This document shows, piece by piece, positions 30,089-38,567 of a DNA stretch of 64,000 bases. Below the pieces are notes generated by a model. It ran no database searches. It was not told where the DNA came from and saw nothing but the letters and a program-made list of their open reading frames with translations. The stretch spans positions 201,785-265,784 of the forward strand of contig JAQWLM010000002.1 of NCBI GenBank assembly GCA_029247315.1. The letters are read 5' to 3'. Position numbers and translations under genes: made by a program. Every line of letters begins with the position of its first letter. Position 1 is the stretch's first letter. Source of the DNA: Verrucomicrobiota bacterium (GTDB lineage Bacteria; Verrucomicrobiota; Verrucomicrobiia; Limisphaerales; AAA164-E04).

Positions 30089-31645
30089 CTAAAGATCAAT
30101 CTGGCTGGTCGCCCCATCAATTTCGGAGGGAGGCCCCTCCACTTCTCCAGCAGGTGCAGCCTCAAGGGCAGTCGCGGCCTTGATTTCCGCCAAGGCCTTC
30201 TTGGGATCGTAATCTTCAGGGAGACTGAGCCGTGTACGAAGCTGATCAGCGAGTAGGGGGTTCAAGCCCTGTTCAGGATCCAGCATCCGAGCCAACAACT
30301 CGATTTTCATTTCCTGAACGGTCGGCAGCTTGATGCGTACGATCTGACTTTGGCTGATCTGGTCGTAATACCGCGAGCGCATCTTGCGCACCAGCATTTC
30401 CCCGGCGATAGCTTTGTCTTCCTGCCCCATCGCGATGTCCATCAGGGCTCGTTCCATGAAGCCCATCAGCATCGCCTTCAGGCGATCCTGTGAGGTACTT
30501 CCAAATTCTTCCTCCACCCTGGCAAAGACATACTCCTCAAGGGTGGTGTCGATGGAATCAGGATATTTTTCCCGAACGTAGTCATACCATTTTTCCGCAG
30601 CCTGCATCCGGTTGTGTGTATAAAGGAAATAGACCGCCGTCCTGAGGAAATTCTTGTGGGCCGTCCTCATGTTGTCAGCGAACTTTTCCTCCTCCTCGAT
30701 CATTTCCTCGTAGGCACTGTTTGTTTTCTCGGCAATATCCAGGTTGGGGCCAAATTCAAAGGCGGTGGTATAAGTGCCGGGATCACCAGGGATTGCCACT
30801 GGAAACTCGATCATTCTGCCGCGATGGAAAGCCGTTTGCATACTCTGGAAAATAACCCGTCTCAGCGTCACGTAGTCTTTGGCACGCTCGGATACCTTCA
30901 AACCAAGATAGGCCCAATAGATGGCATGGGCCTCGGGAAGACGCCATTCGAGGGGGCCATGCTCAGCATCCACCTGCTGCATGACGGCAGGATCCATCTT
31001 GTAGATTTCTCGCAGATTACGCACCCGGTCCTTGTCCTCGGGCGATTCCGGTTGCAGCAGCACTTCGTAGTCAGGTTTGCCATCTGTCAGGAGCTCATTC
31101 CACTCTGCCGCCCAGCGGGACTTGTACAGCATGTTGGCATCGTCCAGATTGGCGCCCATCTTGTGCTGGAAGAACCAGGCAAGCTCTCGATAAATGAGGG
31201 TTTCCTGAGGGTTGTACTTGAGTCCATGGTCACGCAGCAGCTCGATTCCACGCTTAACCCAGAGCCAGCGATCATCATGATCCGGGAACTTAACGGAGAT
31301 ATTGTAGGCGAGGTTCCAGGCCTGGTGCACCCAGACGGTCACAAAATGAGGCTGCAACTTGGTGATCCAGTCCGCGAGCTGGACCATTTCAAAATACTTG
31401 CCTTCGTCCTGTAACTGAGTGGCCCGCACCCACAGCATGTTGGATATCAAACCACGAAACCCACCCAGGGCTACCGTGGTAAAGGCCAGCACCGGTGGGG
31501 CGTTCTCCAGAGGTTGCAAGCGTGTCAGCCCCATGGCTGCACGTGACTGGTTCAGACCCTTCTGCACCATGCCGGCACCGACGAGCATCAACACCACGAA
31601 GATGCTCAGGAAGTATTTGGAATATCGGGCGATCAGACCATTCAT
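30089..31645 (-). CDS. uncharacterised membrane-anchored protein (518 aa)
   Basis: Two N-terminal hydrophobic segments (FLSIFVVLMLVGAGMV, PPVLAFTTVALGGFRGLISNMLW), then a large helical-looking soluble domain. I recognise no family. The start overlaps the upstream permease stop by 4 nt. Confidence 0.5.
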   Translation of the reverse strand: MNGLIARYSKYFLSIFVVLMLVGAGMVQKGLNQSRAAMGLTRLQPLENAPPVLAFTTVALGGFRGLISNMLWVRATQLQDEGKYFEMVQLADWITKLQPHFVTVWVHQAWNLAYNISVKFPDHDDRWLWVKRGIELLRDHGLKYNPQETLIYRELAWFFQHKMGANLDDANMLYKSRWAAEWNELLTDGKPDYEVLLQPESPEDKDRVRNLREIYKMDPAVMQQVDAEHGPLEWRLPEAHAIYWAYLGLKVSERAKDYVTLRRVIFQSMQTAFHRGRMIEFPVAIPGDPGTYTTAFEFGPNLDIAEKTNSAYEEMIEEEEKFADNMRTAHKNFLRTAVYFLYTHNRMQAAEKWYDYVREKYPDSIDTTLEEYVFARVEEEFGSTSQDRLKAMLMGFMERALMDIAMGQEDKAIAGEMLVRKMRSRYYDQISQSQIVRIKLPTVQEMKIELLARMLDPEQGLNPLLADQLRTRLSLPEDYDPKKALAEIKAATALEAAPAGEVEGPPSEIDGATSQIDL

Positions 31646-33021
31646 TGGTTTCCTTGTGCTGTTGCCAGTTCACTCCGTGTGAAGGCCCAGATACCGAAAG
31701 CTGAAAAAATACCCCCCATCAATAAAACGATTTGGGTCAAGGCTTGCCCAAGGATTCCAAGTGTGATGCTGCGGCCGGTACTCAGAAAGCTTATGGGCGA
31801 AAAATCCTTCACTGTGTTGATCGTCTTCAGCATGCCCTTGGCCAAATAGATGGCCAGGGTGTCGAAGGCCGAGGAGCTGTCCTTTCGACCTGTTTCGTGA
31901 TTGATACCACTCACTCCCCCCTGTTCGATCACCTGCGCCAGGGTTCCACCGGAAAACCCGACAATCAGCAACGCGATGGAGACAAAGGCTGCTACCGGAA
32001 AAGAGAGGAAACTGGAGGCAGCCAGTCCGATGGCAGCCAGGAAGCCCATCCAGCAAAGAATCACAAGCATGCCGCGCACGTAGTTCCAGCCGAAACCTCC
32101 ATGCCGGTAGAGTACCTCCATGCCGTCCTCAGGCGGAAAGAGCAAGACCTCCTGGTTGTCGTTGTAGATATCGATCACAAGATTACCCTCGGGATCGAGC
32201 AGGTTCGGCGGAATCTCGAATTCAACGGGAGACTCCGGTGAAATATCCATTTGACGCTGCACCCGTTGCGGGGTTTCAGGAGGCCCAATCTCCCACACCA
32301 CATCATATGTCGAAGTATCATAAGGTTGGCTGGTGAAAAACTTGATCCGGAGGTACATGGGCTGGTCCTTGACATTCTGAGGGTCGGCAACCGGTATCGA
32401 CCAGCGTCGAAGATACCCTGGTCGAACCACCTGCTGGGCTGCCTTGACCTGTTCTTCCACCTGTTGGCGGAAAAACTCTGGATCCAACTTTGCAAGCTCC
32501 GGATTCTCTTCCAGACGCTGCGCCATGTATTCCTGCACGAGGGGATCCGTATCGCGGATAGGCGGCTTGGCAGAAACCCGCGCCACAAAAATTTCATTCT
32601 TAAGAACGCGTTTCTGTGCATCCGATAACTGATTTGCCCGCATGAGGGTAATAGCGTAAACAGCTGACGTGGATACCGCGAGAAGGGCGGCGTTGAGGAT
32701 AACAATGCCACACCATTTTCCCAGCCAGATTTTCCAACGCGGAATGGGTTTCACCACCAGCATTTGAATCTGACAGTCCTGCACTTCGCGGGCAAGACTC
32801 CCACAGGAAATCCACAAGGTTGAAAAACCAAGAAGAAAGGTGATCGTGCCCAGCGTATAGGTAAGCAGGATCTGCGTGAAACCCTGTGCCGACCCGTCAT
32901 GCTTGATCATCCATGGCAGGACCACCACCGAGGCCATGAGGAGTCCGGTGAGTACCATCACCACCCGGTAGCGGACGGCGGCTGTCAAGGTCAAACCAAT
33001 GATGGCAAAAAGTCCCTGCAT
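31642..33021 (-). CDS. ABC-2 type (NosY-like) permease with large extracytoplasmic loop
   Basis: 459 aa. Multiple TM segments at both ends, a ~170-aa soluble insert, and an ABC-2-like block QMLVVKPIPRWKIWLGKW. 30 nt downstream of an ABC ATPase gene. Confidence 0.6.
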   Translation of the reverse strand: MQGLFAIIGLTLTAAVRYRVVMVLTGLLMASVVVLPWMIKHDGSAQGFTQILLTYTLGTITFLLGFSTLWISCGSLAREVQDCQIQMLVVKPIPRWKIWLGKWCGIVILNAALLAVSTSAVYAITLMRANQLSDAQKRVLKNEIFVARVSAKPPIRDTDPLVQEYMAQRLEENPELAKLDPEFFRQQVEEQVKAAQQVVRPGYLRRWSIPVADPQNVKDQPMYLRIKFFTSQPYDTSTYDVVWEIGPPETPQRVQRQMDISPESPVEFEIPPNLLDPEGNLVIDIYNDNQEVLLFPPEDGMEVLYRHGGFGWNYVRGMLVILCWMGFLAAIGLAASSFLSFPVAAFVSIALLIVGFSGGTLAQVIEQGGVSGINHETGRKDSSSAFDTLAIYLAKGMLKTINTVKDFSPISFLSTGRSITLGILGQALTQIVLLMGGIFSAFGIWAFTRSELATAQGNQ

Positions 33022-33051
33022 GTGCGCTTTTAAAAAGTTTCAGTGGCGGAG

Positions 33052-34269
33052 TTAGGAGCCTTTGGAGTCTCCACCATCAAGGAGAGAGGAGAGTTTATCG
33101 TCGGCGGCATCCAGATCTGCCTGGGAAGAAGGCGCTGGTTTCGATTTGAGAGACGACTCCTCCGATCCCCCTGACTGTGACAAATGATCAAGCTTGGAGT
33201 AATCCACCTTGTCCTTTGTAACAGCTGAGGAAGTTGAACGCGGTGCTTGTCCCTCCGCGGCCGTAAGTCGATCCAGCATCTTGTCCTGATTGCTTGACGG
33301 GTCCTCGGAACCTCCCTTGAGGTAGTCCGCCACCCTCCCCGCAAGGGCGCCGGATGTACTGGCTTCAGCAGCGCGCGCCTTCTCGACCACCCCCAGGAAA
33401 TAACTTTCCAGATTCTGGGTTGGATTATCGACGGAAACAGCGTCCTGGGCGACCTCGGAACGGATAATGTCCAGCACTCGCTTCATGGTATCACGCCTGA
33501 GCAGTGGGGAAGTGATGCGGGTCACGTCCGGAGTGGTCAACAGCTCCTTCAAGGTACCCTGGGCCTGAATCTTTCCGCCGTAATAGATCACCACCCGGTC
33601 GCATACGTCCTCCACATCTGAAAGCAAGTGACTACTGAGGATGATGGTCTTTCCTCGCTTGGCCAGGGCAACGATCAAGTCCTTGATTTCGCGGCAGCCG
33701 ATAGGGTCCAGACCCGCGGTGGGTTCATCGAGGATCACCAGGTCCGGATCATTGATCAGGGCCTGAGCCAGGCCGATACGACGCTGCATACCCTTGGAAA
33801 ACTCACCTACCTGGCGCGAACGGGCATTGTTGAGCCCTACCATCTCAATCAGTTGCTCGGCACGTTTACGACGCTCTGGCTTATTCAGATTGAATAGATT
33901 TCCAAAGAAATCGAGAGTCTCCTTTGAATCCAGGTAACGGTAGAGATAGGATTCTTCGGGGAGGTAACCGATGCGTGATTTGGTGGCCACGTGACGAGGT
34001 GAATGACCGAATACCTCGATATGACCGCGAGTGGGGTAAAGGAGTCCCAGCAGCATTTTAATGGTGGTGGATTTTCCGGAACCATTCGGTCCCAGAAGGC
34101 CAAAAACCTCCCCACGTTTCACCTCAAAGTCGACGTTGTTGACCGCCCGTGCCTTGGGCCTCCTCCAGAAATCCTTGAAGACCTTGGTCAGACCTCGCAC
34201 GGAGATCACCGCCTCGCCGTGGGTCTGGTTGAACCGGTCGGAGGATAAATCTGTTTGATTGTTTACCAT
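33052..34269 (-). CDS. ABC transporter ATP-binding protein with ~107-aa low-complexity C-terminal tail
   Basis: Walker A GLLGPNGSGKSTT, signature FSKGMQRRIGLAQAL, Walker B LVILDEPTAGLD. Ser/Asp/Lys-rich tail from about residue 299. Confidence 0.9.
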   Translation of the reverse strand: MVNNQTDLSSDRFNQTHGEAVISVRGLTKVFKDFWRRPKARAVNNVDFEVKRGEVFGLLGPNGSGKSTTIKMLLGLLYPTRGHIEVFGHSPRHVATKSRIGYLPEESYLYRYLDSKETLDFFGNLFNLNKPERRKRAEQLIEMVGLNNARSRQVGEFSKGMQRRIGLAQALINDPDLVILDEPTAGLDPIGCREIKDLIVALAKRGKTIILSSHLLSDVEDVCDRVVIYYGGKIQAQGTLKELLTTPDVTRITSPLLRRDTMKRVLDIIRSEVAQDAVSVDNPTQNLESYFLGVVEKARAAEASTSGALAGRVADYLKGGSEDPSSNQDKMLDRLTAAEGQAPRSTSSAVTKDKVDYSKLDHLSQSGGSEESSLKSKPAPSSQADLDAADDKLSSLLDGGDSKGS

Positions 34270-34318
34270 AAGGTTTTTCCTTTATGCGTGCCCTCTGCTC
34301 ATTCCAAGTGCAAGCGTT

Positions 34319-36334
34319 TCAGACTGGCTGGATGGCTTCCTTTGGGGGCGCAGTCTGGGTGCCCTCATCGGATGCCTGCTCCGACTGTTGAAGGAAAGGC
34401 TCCAGTTCCTCACCGGAGCGAACCAGCCGGAAACTGTTGAATACCACCAGCAGGGATCCCACAACATGCATTACAGCAGCAAGGATGGGGTTGATATAAG
34501 CCATGGAAGCCAGAACAAACCCACCGATCACGAAAACCACTCCGAAGAGAAAGTTCTGATTGATCACTGAGCGAGTCTGTCGGGAAAGTTTGACGAGAAA
34601 TGGCAAACGCCTCAAGTCATTGTTCATCAGTGCGATCGTAGCACTGTGGATGGCGACTTCACTGCCAGCTGCGCCCATGGCAATGCCCAGGTCACCTGCA
34701 GCAAGAGCCGGAGCGTCATTGACACCATCCCCCACTACTGCAACACGATAGCCCTTGGCTTTCAGCTTGTGCACAAACTCAACCTTGTTTTGAGGCAGAC
34801 ACTCCGCCACGACCTCCTCACAACCGATTTCGCGAGCCACCCTGACGGCTACCGGCTCCCGATCCCCCGAGACCATGGCAATCCGACGGATATCGGCATC
34901 CTGCAAAGCTGCCAGGGATTCCTGTGCCTCAGCACGGGTTTGGTCCTGAAGCCCAATCCACCCAACAAATACCCCGTCGCGAGCCACATACAGGAGGCTG
35001 TAACCTTCCGCTTCACTCAGGTCGACACTGGACATGAAGTCGTCCTTCAAACCATTTTCCTGAAGCCAGTTAGCCCGACCTACGGTCAAGGTTTCCGCAC
35101 CAAGCCGAGCCGTGATTCCTTTACCCGCAGTTTCCTTGAAATCCACCGGCTCGGTCAATTCGAGGCCAGCTTCCTGCGCAAGTTGGGCAAGTGCCTTGGC
35201 GGTGGGGTGATTACTGTATTTCTCGGCAGATGCAGCCATATGCAGCAACTCGGCAGGCTTGATTCCCTCCTGGGGTGCCAATCGACTGACGGCAAGCTTA
35301 CCTGTCGTGAGGGTTCCGGTCTTGTCAAAGACAAAGGCGTTGATCTTGGCGGACAACTCGATATCAGCCACGTTCTTGATCAGGATACCCAGGCGGGCAG
35401 CAGAGGAAAGTGCGGCTACCATTGCAGTGGGGGTAGCCAGGATAAAAGCGCAAGGGCAGGCAATGATGAACACGGTAATCACACGACTAAGGTCCTGAGT
35501 AAAGGCCCAAACAAGGGCACCCACCAAGAGGACAAGCGGGGTGTAGAATCCCATGTACTGGTCAACAATGCGCATGATAGGCAACTTTGTTTTCTCAGCT
35601 GCCAAAATCAGATCGTGAACCCGACCCAGCGTGGTATCCGCATCTGCACGGCTCACCTTGACTTCCAGAAGACCGGTCAAGTTCTGTGTTCCCGCAAAAA
35701 CTTCATCCCCTGCCTTCTTGTCAACAGGAAGAGATTCGCCGGTGATATTGGCCTGGTTGATGGTAGCCTCTCCACTGGCGATCAATCCGTCGGCAGCGAT
35801 ATTATCTCCCGGGCGGATGCGGATGACATCACCCACCTTTAAATCCTTGACCTCGACCTCCTCTTCCTTACCACCGTTGACACGGCGTGCCTTGGTTGGG
35901 GTCAACTTCACCAATGACTCGATCGAGGCGCGTGCACCCTCCGCTGTCCTTGTCTCGATGATCTCACCCAGCAGCATGAAGAAAGCCACCAGTCCCGATT
36001 CCTGGTATTCACCGGAAGCGAAGGAGGCCAGAACCGCGAGGGCCACCAGCTCGTTGGTGCTGAGACGTCCCTTTCGCAGGTCCTTGATCGCCGTCCAGAC
36101 AATGGGATAGCCTAGTATCACGGCACCAATCATGGCGTTGATATCGCCCACCACAGCCCCATTTTCGAAGAAATAGTGAATGATAAAGGAATTGATGACA
36201 AAAAGCAGTCCGACGAGGACCTGACCGAGACGAATCTCGGTATGCTCGTGGTCGTGTCCACATCCATCGCAATGATCATCGTGTTGATGGTGATGCTCAC
36301 CGGATTTCTGGCTCAAGAGTGATGTTACTTGCAT
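34319..36334 (-). CDS. heavy-metal-translocating P1B-type ATPase
   Basis: 671 aa. CPC in TM6 (IIACPCAFILATP), DKTGTLT, GDGVNDAPAL. His/Cys-rich N-terminus EHHHQHDDHCDGCGHDHEH. No ferredoxin-like HMA (GMxCxxC) domain. Confidence 0.9.
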   Translation of the reverse strand: MQVTSLLSQKSGEHHHQHDDHCDGCGHDHEHTEIRLGQVLVGLLFVINSFIIHYFFENGAVVGDINAMIGAVILGYPIVWTAIKDLRKGRLSTNELVALAVLASFASGEYQESGLVAFFMLLGEIIETRTAEGARASIESLVKLTPTKARRVNGGKEEEVEVKDLKVGDVIRIRPGDNIAADGLIASGEATINQANITGESLPVDKKAGDEVFAGTQNLTGLLEVKVSRADADTTLGRVHDLILAAEKTKLPIMRIVDQYMGFYTPLVLLVGALVWAFTQDLSRVITVFIIACPCAFILATPTAMVAALSSAARLGILIKNVADIELSAKINAFVFDKTGTLTTGKLAVSRLAPQEGIKPAELLHMAASAEKYSNHPTAKALAQLAQEAGLELTEPVDFKETAGKGITARLGAETLTVGRANWLQENGLKDDFMSSVDLSEAEGYSLLYVARDGVFVGWIGLQDQTRAEAQESLAALQDADIRRIAMVSGDREPVAVRVAREIGCEEVVAECLPQNKVEFVHKLKAKGYRVAVVGDGVNDAPALAAGDLGIAMGAAGSEVAIHSATIALMNNDLRRLPFLVKLSRQTRSVINQNFLFGVVFVIGGFVLASMAYINPILAAVMHVVGSLLVVFNSFRLVRSGEELEPFLQQSEQASDEGTQTAPPKEAIQPV

Positions 36335-36397
36335 GATTCCTTATATGTTAAAATAATGGGTTTCTCGCGGGCGATCTACCATCGATCGTCCAAGTCC

Positions 36398-37537
36398 CTA
36401 CTGGTCTTCTTCCCCTTGTTTGCCGCCCGTGAGAGAGGGTTCACGATTGAGCTGAAGGCGTAATTCCTGCGTCGTACCTGGCTCAATCGCCGGTAGCAAC
36501 CAAGTATCATCAGCATTGGCAAGGACACGCCCCATCCCCTCAATAATCAAACGTTTTCGAAAGAATGCTGGGTTTGCCTCGAAGTGGGGTTGTAACTGGG
36601 TAAAAACCTTGGCATCCGCAATGACCCGACTGGTTATCAGATTGCTGCGAGCGATACCATCGTTGATGATGGCTTGGGCCTGTCCCTGGGCACGCCGCAA
36701 CTGCTCAAGAGCGTCACCCTCGGCCTCGTTACGCACCTGGCTGACTGTTTGCTCGGTCTGGGTTACCTGTTCGAAGGCTTCCTTGACAAAAACAGGGGGA
36801 TAGGTGCGCACGTCCAGCGACTGGAGCGTGATTCCCAGGTTGGCCTTTTCAACCGTCTCCAGAAAACGTTCACGCACCTTTTCCTTGTGCTCCAGGCGAT
36901 TACGGTAGAGGACATCATCCGCATTGAATTGCGCAGAGGCAAAGATCACCGCGTTGTTCAGTGCATTTTCAAGTAATTCTTCTACCCGTAAAAAATTAAA
37001 CTCAAAAGCTACCGGGTCGCTGATACGATACTGGGCGTTGGCCCTTGCATGGACGATGTTGCCGTCAGAAGTCAGGGCATATCCATCCACACCGGGACGC
37101 AGCGACGGCATCGAGTAGGGCAATTCCCCGGTTATTTCCATCTCGGGAGTCACGGCATACCAGCAGTTGGTGGCAACGATGGTGCGCGTCTCCCCACTCG
37201 GAATCCGAATGATTTCACCAATAGGGCTGGGCCACGACCAGTGAAGGCCCTGGTCAAGCACCTGGTCGGCACCACTTCCCACCGGCTTGCCAAATCGCAG
37301 GACCACCGCTACTTCGTTGGGTTCAACGGTGAAGACACCGGACCCTATGAAGAGTATAAAAAGCCCTAACATCAAGACCTTGATGATTTTAAAGCTACTG
37401 GACAAGGCATCGGCAAGGGCTCGTGTGCCAGAGTCCTCCATGGGATGCGAGACGGGCACTTCTTCAGCGGCCTTGTCAGCATGAAGATCAATTTTTTCCG
37501 GTAAATCCGGTAATTCAGGTTTGTTGGAATCACTCAT
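36398..37537 (-). CDS. SPFH/band-7 protein, HflK-like architecture
   Basis: 379 aa. Acidic N-tail, one TM (VLMLGLFILFIGSGVF), an SPFH core (EVAVVLRFGKP...GLHWSWPSPIGE) and a coiled-coil C-terminal region. Confidence 0.75.
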   Translation of the reverse strand: MSDSNKPELPDLPEKIDLHADKAAEEVPVSHPMEDSGTRALADALSSSFKIIKVLMLGLFILFIGSGVFTVEPNEVAVVLRFGKPVGSGADQVLDQGLHWSWPSPIGEIIRIPSGETRTIVATNCWYAVTPEMEITGELPYSMPSLRPGVDGYALTSDGNIVHARANAQYRISDPVAFEFNFLRVEELLENALNNAVIFASAQFNADDVLYRNRLEHKEKVRERFLETVEKANLGITLQSLDVRTYPPVFVKEAFEQVTQTEQTVSQVRNEAEGDALEQLRRAQGQAQAIINDGIARSNLITSRVIADAKVFTQLQPHFEANPAFFRKRLIIEGMGRVLANADDTWLLPAIEPGTTQELRLQLNREPSLTGGKQGEEDQ

Positions 37538-37613
37538 GACACTTGCAACTTAGCAGTTTTGAAAACAGATATTTACCACCTTAAACGTTGGCTCAACCAT
37601 CATCCACAAGCGA

Positions 37614-38519
37614 CTACCGCCCCGTATCCTGCATGGCATCGGCACCCTCTTTCAGGAGGTTGAAGGGGGGCGTGGAGGGATCCGCCACAATGGTGGTTTT
37701 CTCCTTGGTGGCCGCTTCCAAGGCCTCCAGACCTAAGAGCAGCTCAGCAAGTTCCGGGTTTTGCTGGAACACCTTGTAGTATTCGTTGGCCTTGGCCTCC
37801 GCGTCGCCCTCGATTTCGATGGCCTTGGCCCGTGCCTCGTTCAGGATTTTCTTACTCTCGGCGTCTGCCTTGGAACGAATTTCCATGGCGCGACTCTCAC
37901 CTTCACCCTGAAACTGCTTCACCAAGCGCTGGCGATCAGCCCGCATCCGTTCGAAGACCTTCTGGGTGTTACTCTCGGGGAGTCCAAGCTGCTTGATATG
38001 AGCAAATGCCACCTCGATACCGTAATTGTCCTTGGCTGCATTCTGAATGGCCGCAAGGATTTCTGTCTCGATTTCATCAAACTTCAAATCCTCCTCCCGA
38101 GGCGAAATCAAGTCACGAAAGGGGTGCTGCCCGATCACGCTGTTCTTGGCATCCCGCACCAGACTTTCAAGGCTTTGCTGCGCCTTGATCGCGTCGCCAT
38201 TGAAGCGCTCCAGATAGATAGCGGGATCACTGATCTTCCAACCAACGAAAACCTCGATGATCAGCGGCTTGGCATCACCAGTGGTGGTCTGCTCAAACTT
38301 ACGCTCAAAATTCTGCAATCGACTGTCGAATTTGTGTACTTTCTGGATGGGCCAAGGCCACTTGAACTCAAGTCCGGGCTCATCGATCGTCTCGGAGTAT
38401 TTCCCAAAAGTGGTGACCACGGCTACCTCCGCGTTTCGCACTTGGAAACAGAACAGGATCGAAGCAAATATCAACAGCAGGATGCCGCCGGTGACGAGGG
38501 ATATCAGGTTTTTGTTCAT
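37614..38519 (-). CDS. SPFH/band-7 protein, HflC/prohibitin-like
   Basis: 301 aa. N-terminal TM (GGILLLIFASILFCF), VAVVTTFGKY...PGLEFKWPWPIQKV, GIEVAFAHIKQLGLPE, coiled coil QGEGESRAMEIRSKADAESKKILNEARAKA. Confidence 0.8.
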   Translation of the reverse strand: MNKNLISLVTGGILLLIFASILFCFQVRNAEVAVVTTFGKYSETIDEPGLEFKWPWPIQKVHKFDSRLQNFERKFEQTTTGDAKPLIIEVFVGWKISDPAIYLERFNGDAIKAQQSLESLVRDAKNSVIGQHPFRDLISPREEDLKFDEIETEILAAIQNAAKDNYGIEVAFAHIKQLGLPESNTQKVFERMRADRQRLVKQFQGEGESRAMEIRSKADAESKKILNEARAKAIEIEGDAEAKANEYYKVFQQNPELAELLLGLEALEAATKEKTTIVADPSTPPFNLLKEGADAMQDTGR

Positions 38520-38567
38520 AAACTGGATACGAAATAAAGGGTCTTTGTCGTTTGAATCAAATGGGGG

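Noticed and set aside
34646-35842. Very long ORFs antisense to well-supported genes. Examples: 398 aa opposite the P1B ATPase, plus 58447-59460 opposite priA, 10469-11371 opposite hrpB, 45544-46458 opposite the ceramidase-like gene, 30614-31414, 37761-38537, 54604-55299, 5049-5738, 20492-21169, 19136-19786 and 55499-56104.
   Set aside because: Each lies entirely within a gene on the other strand that has strong family motifs. Their translations are Arg/Gly/His/Pro-rich with no motifs. Long antisense frames are an expected by-product of codon bias at this G+C level.
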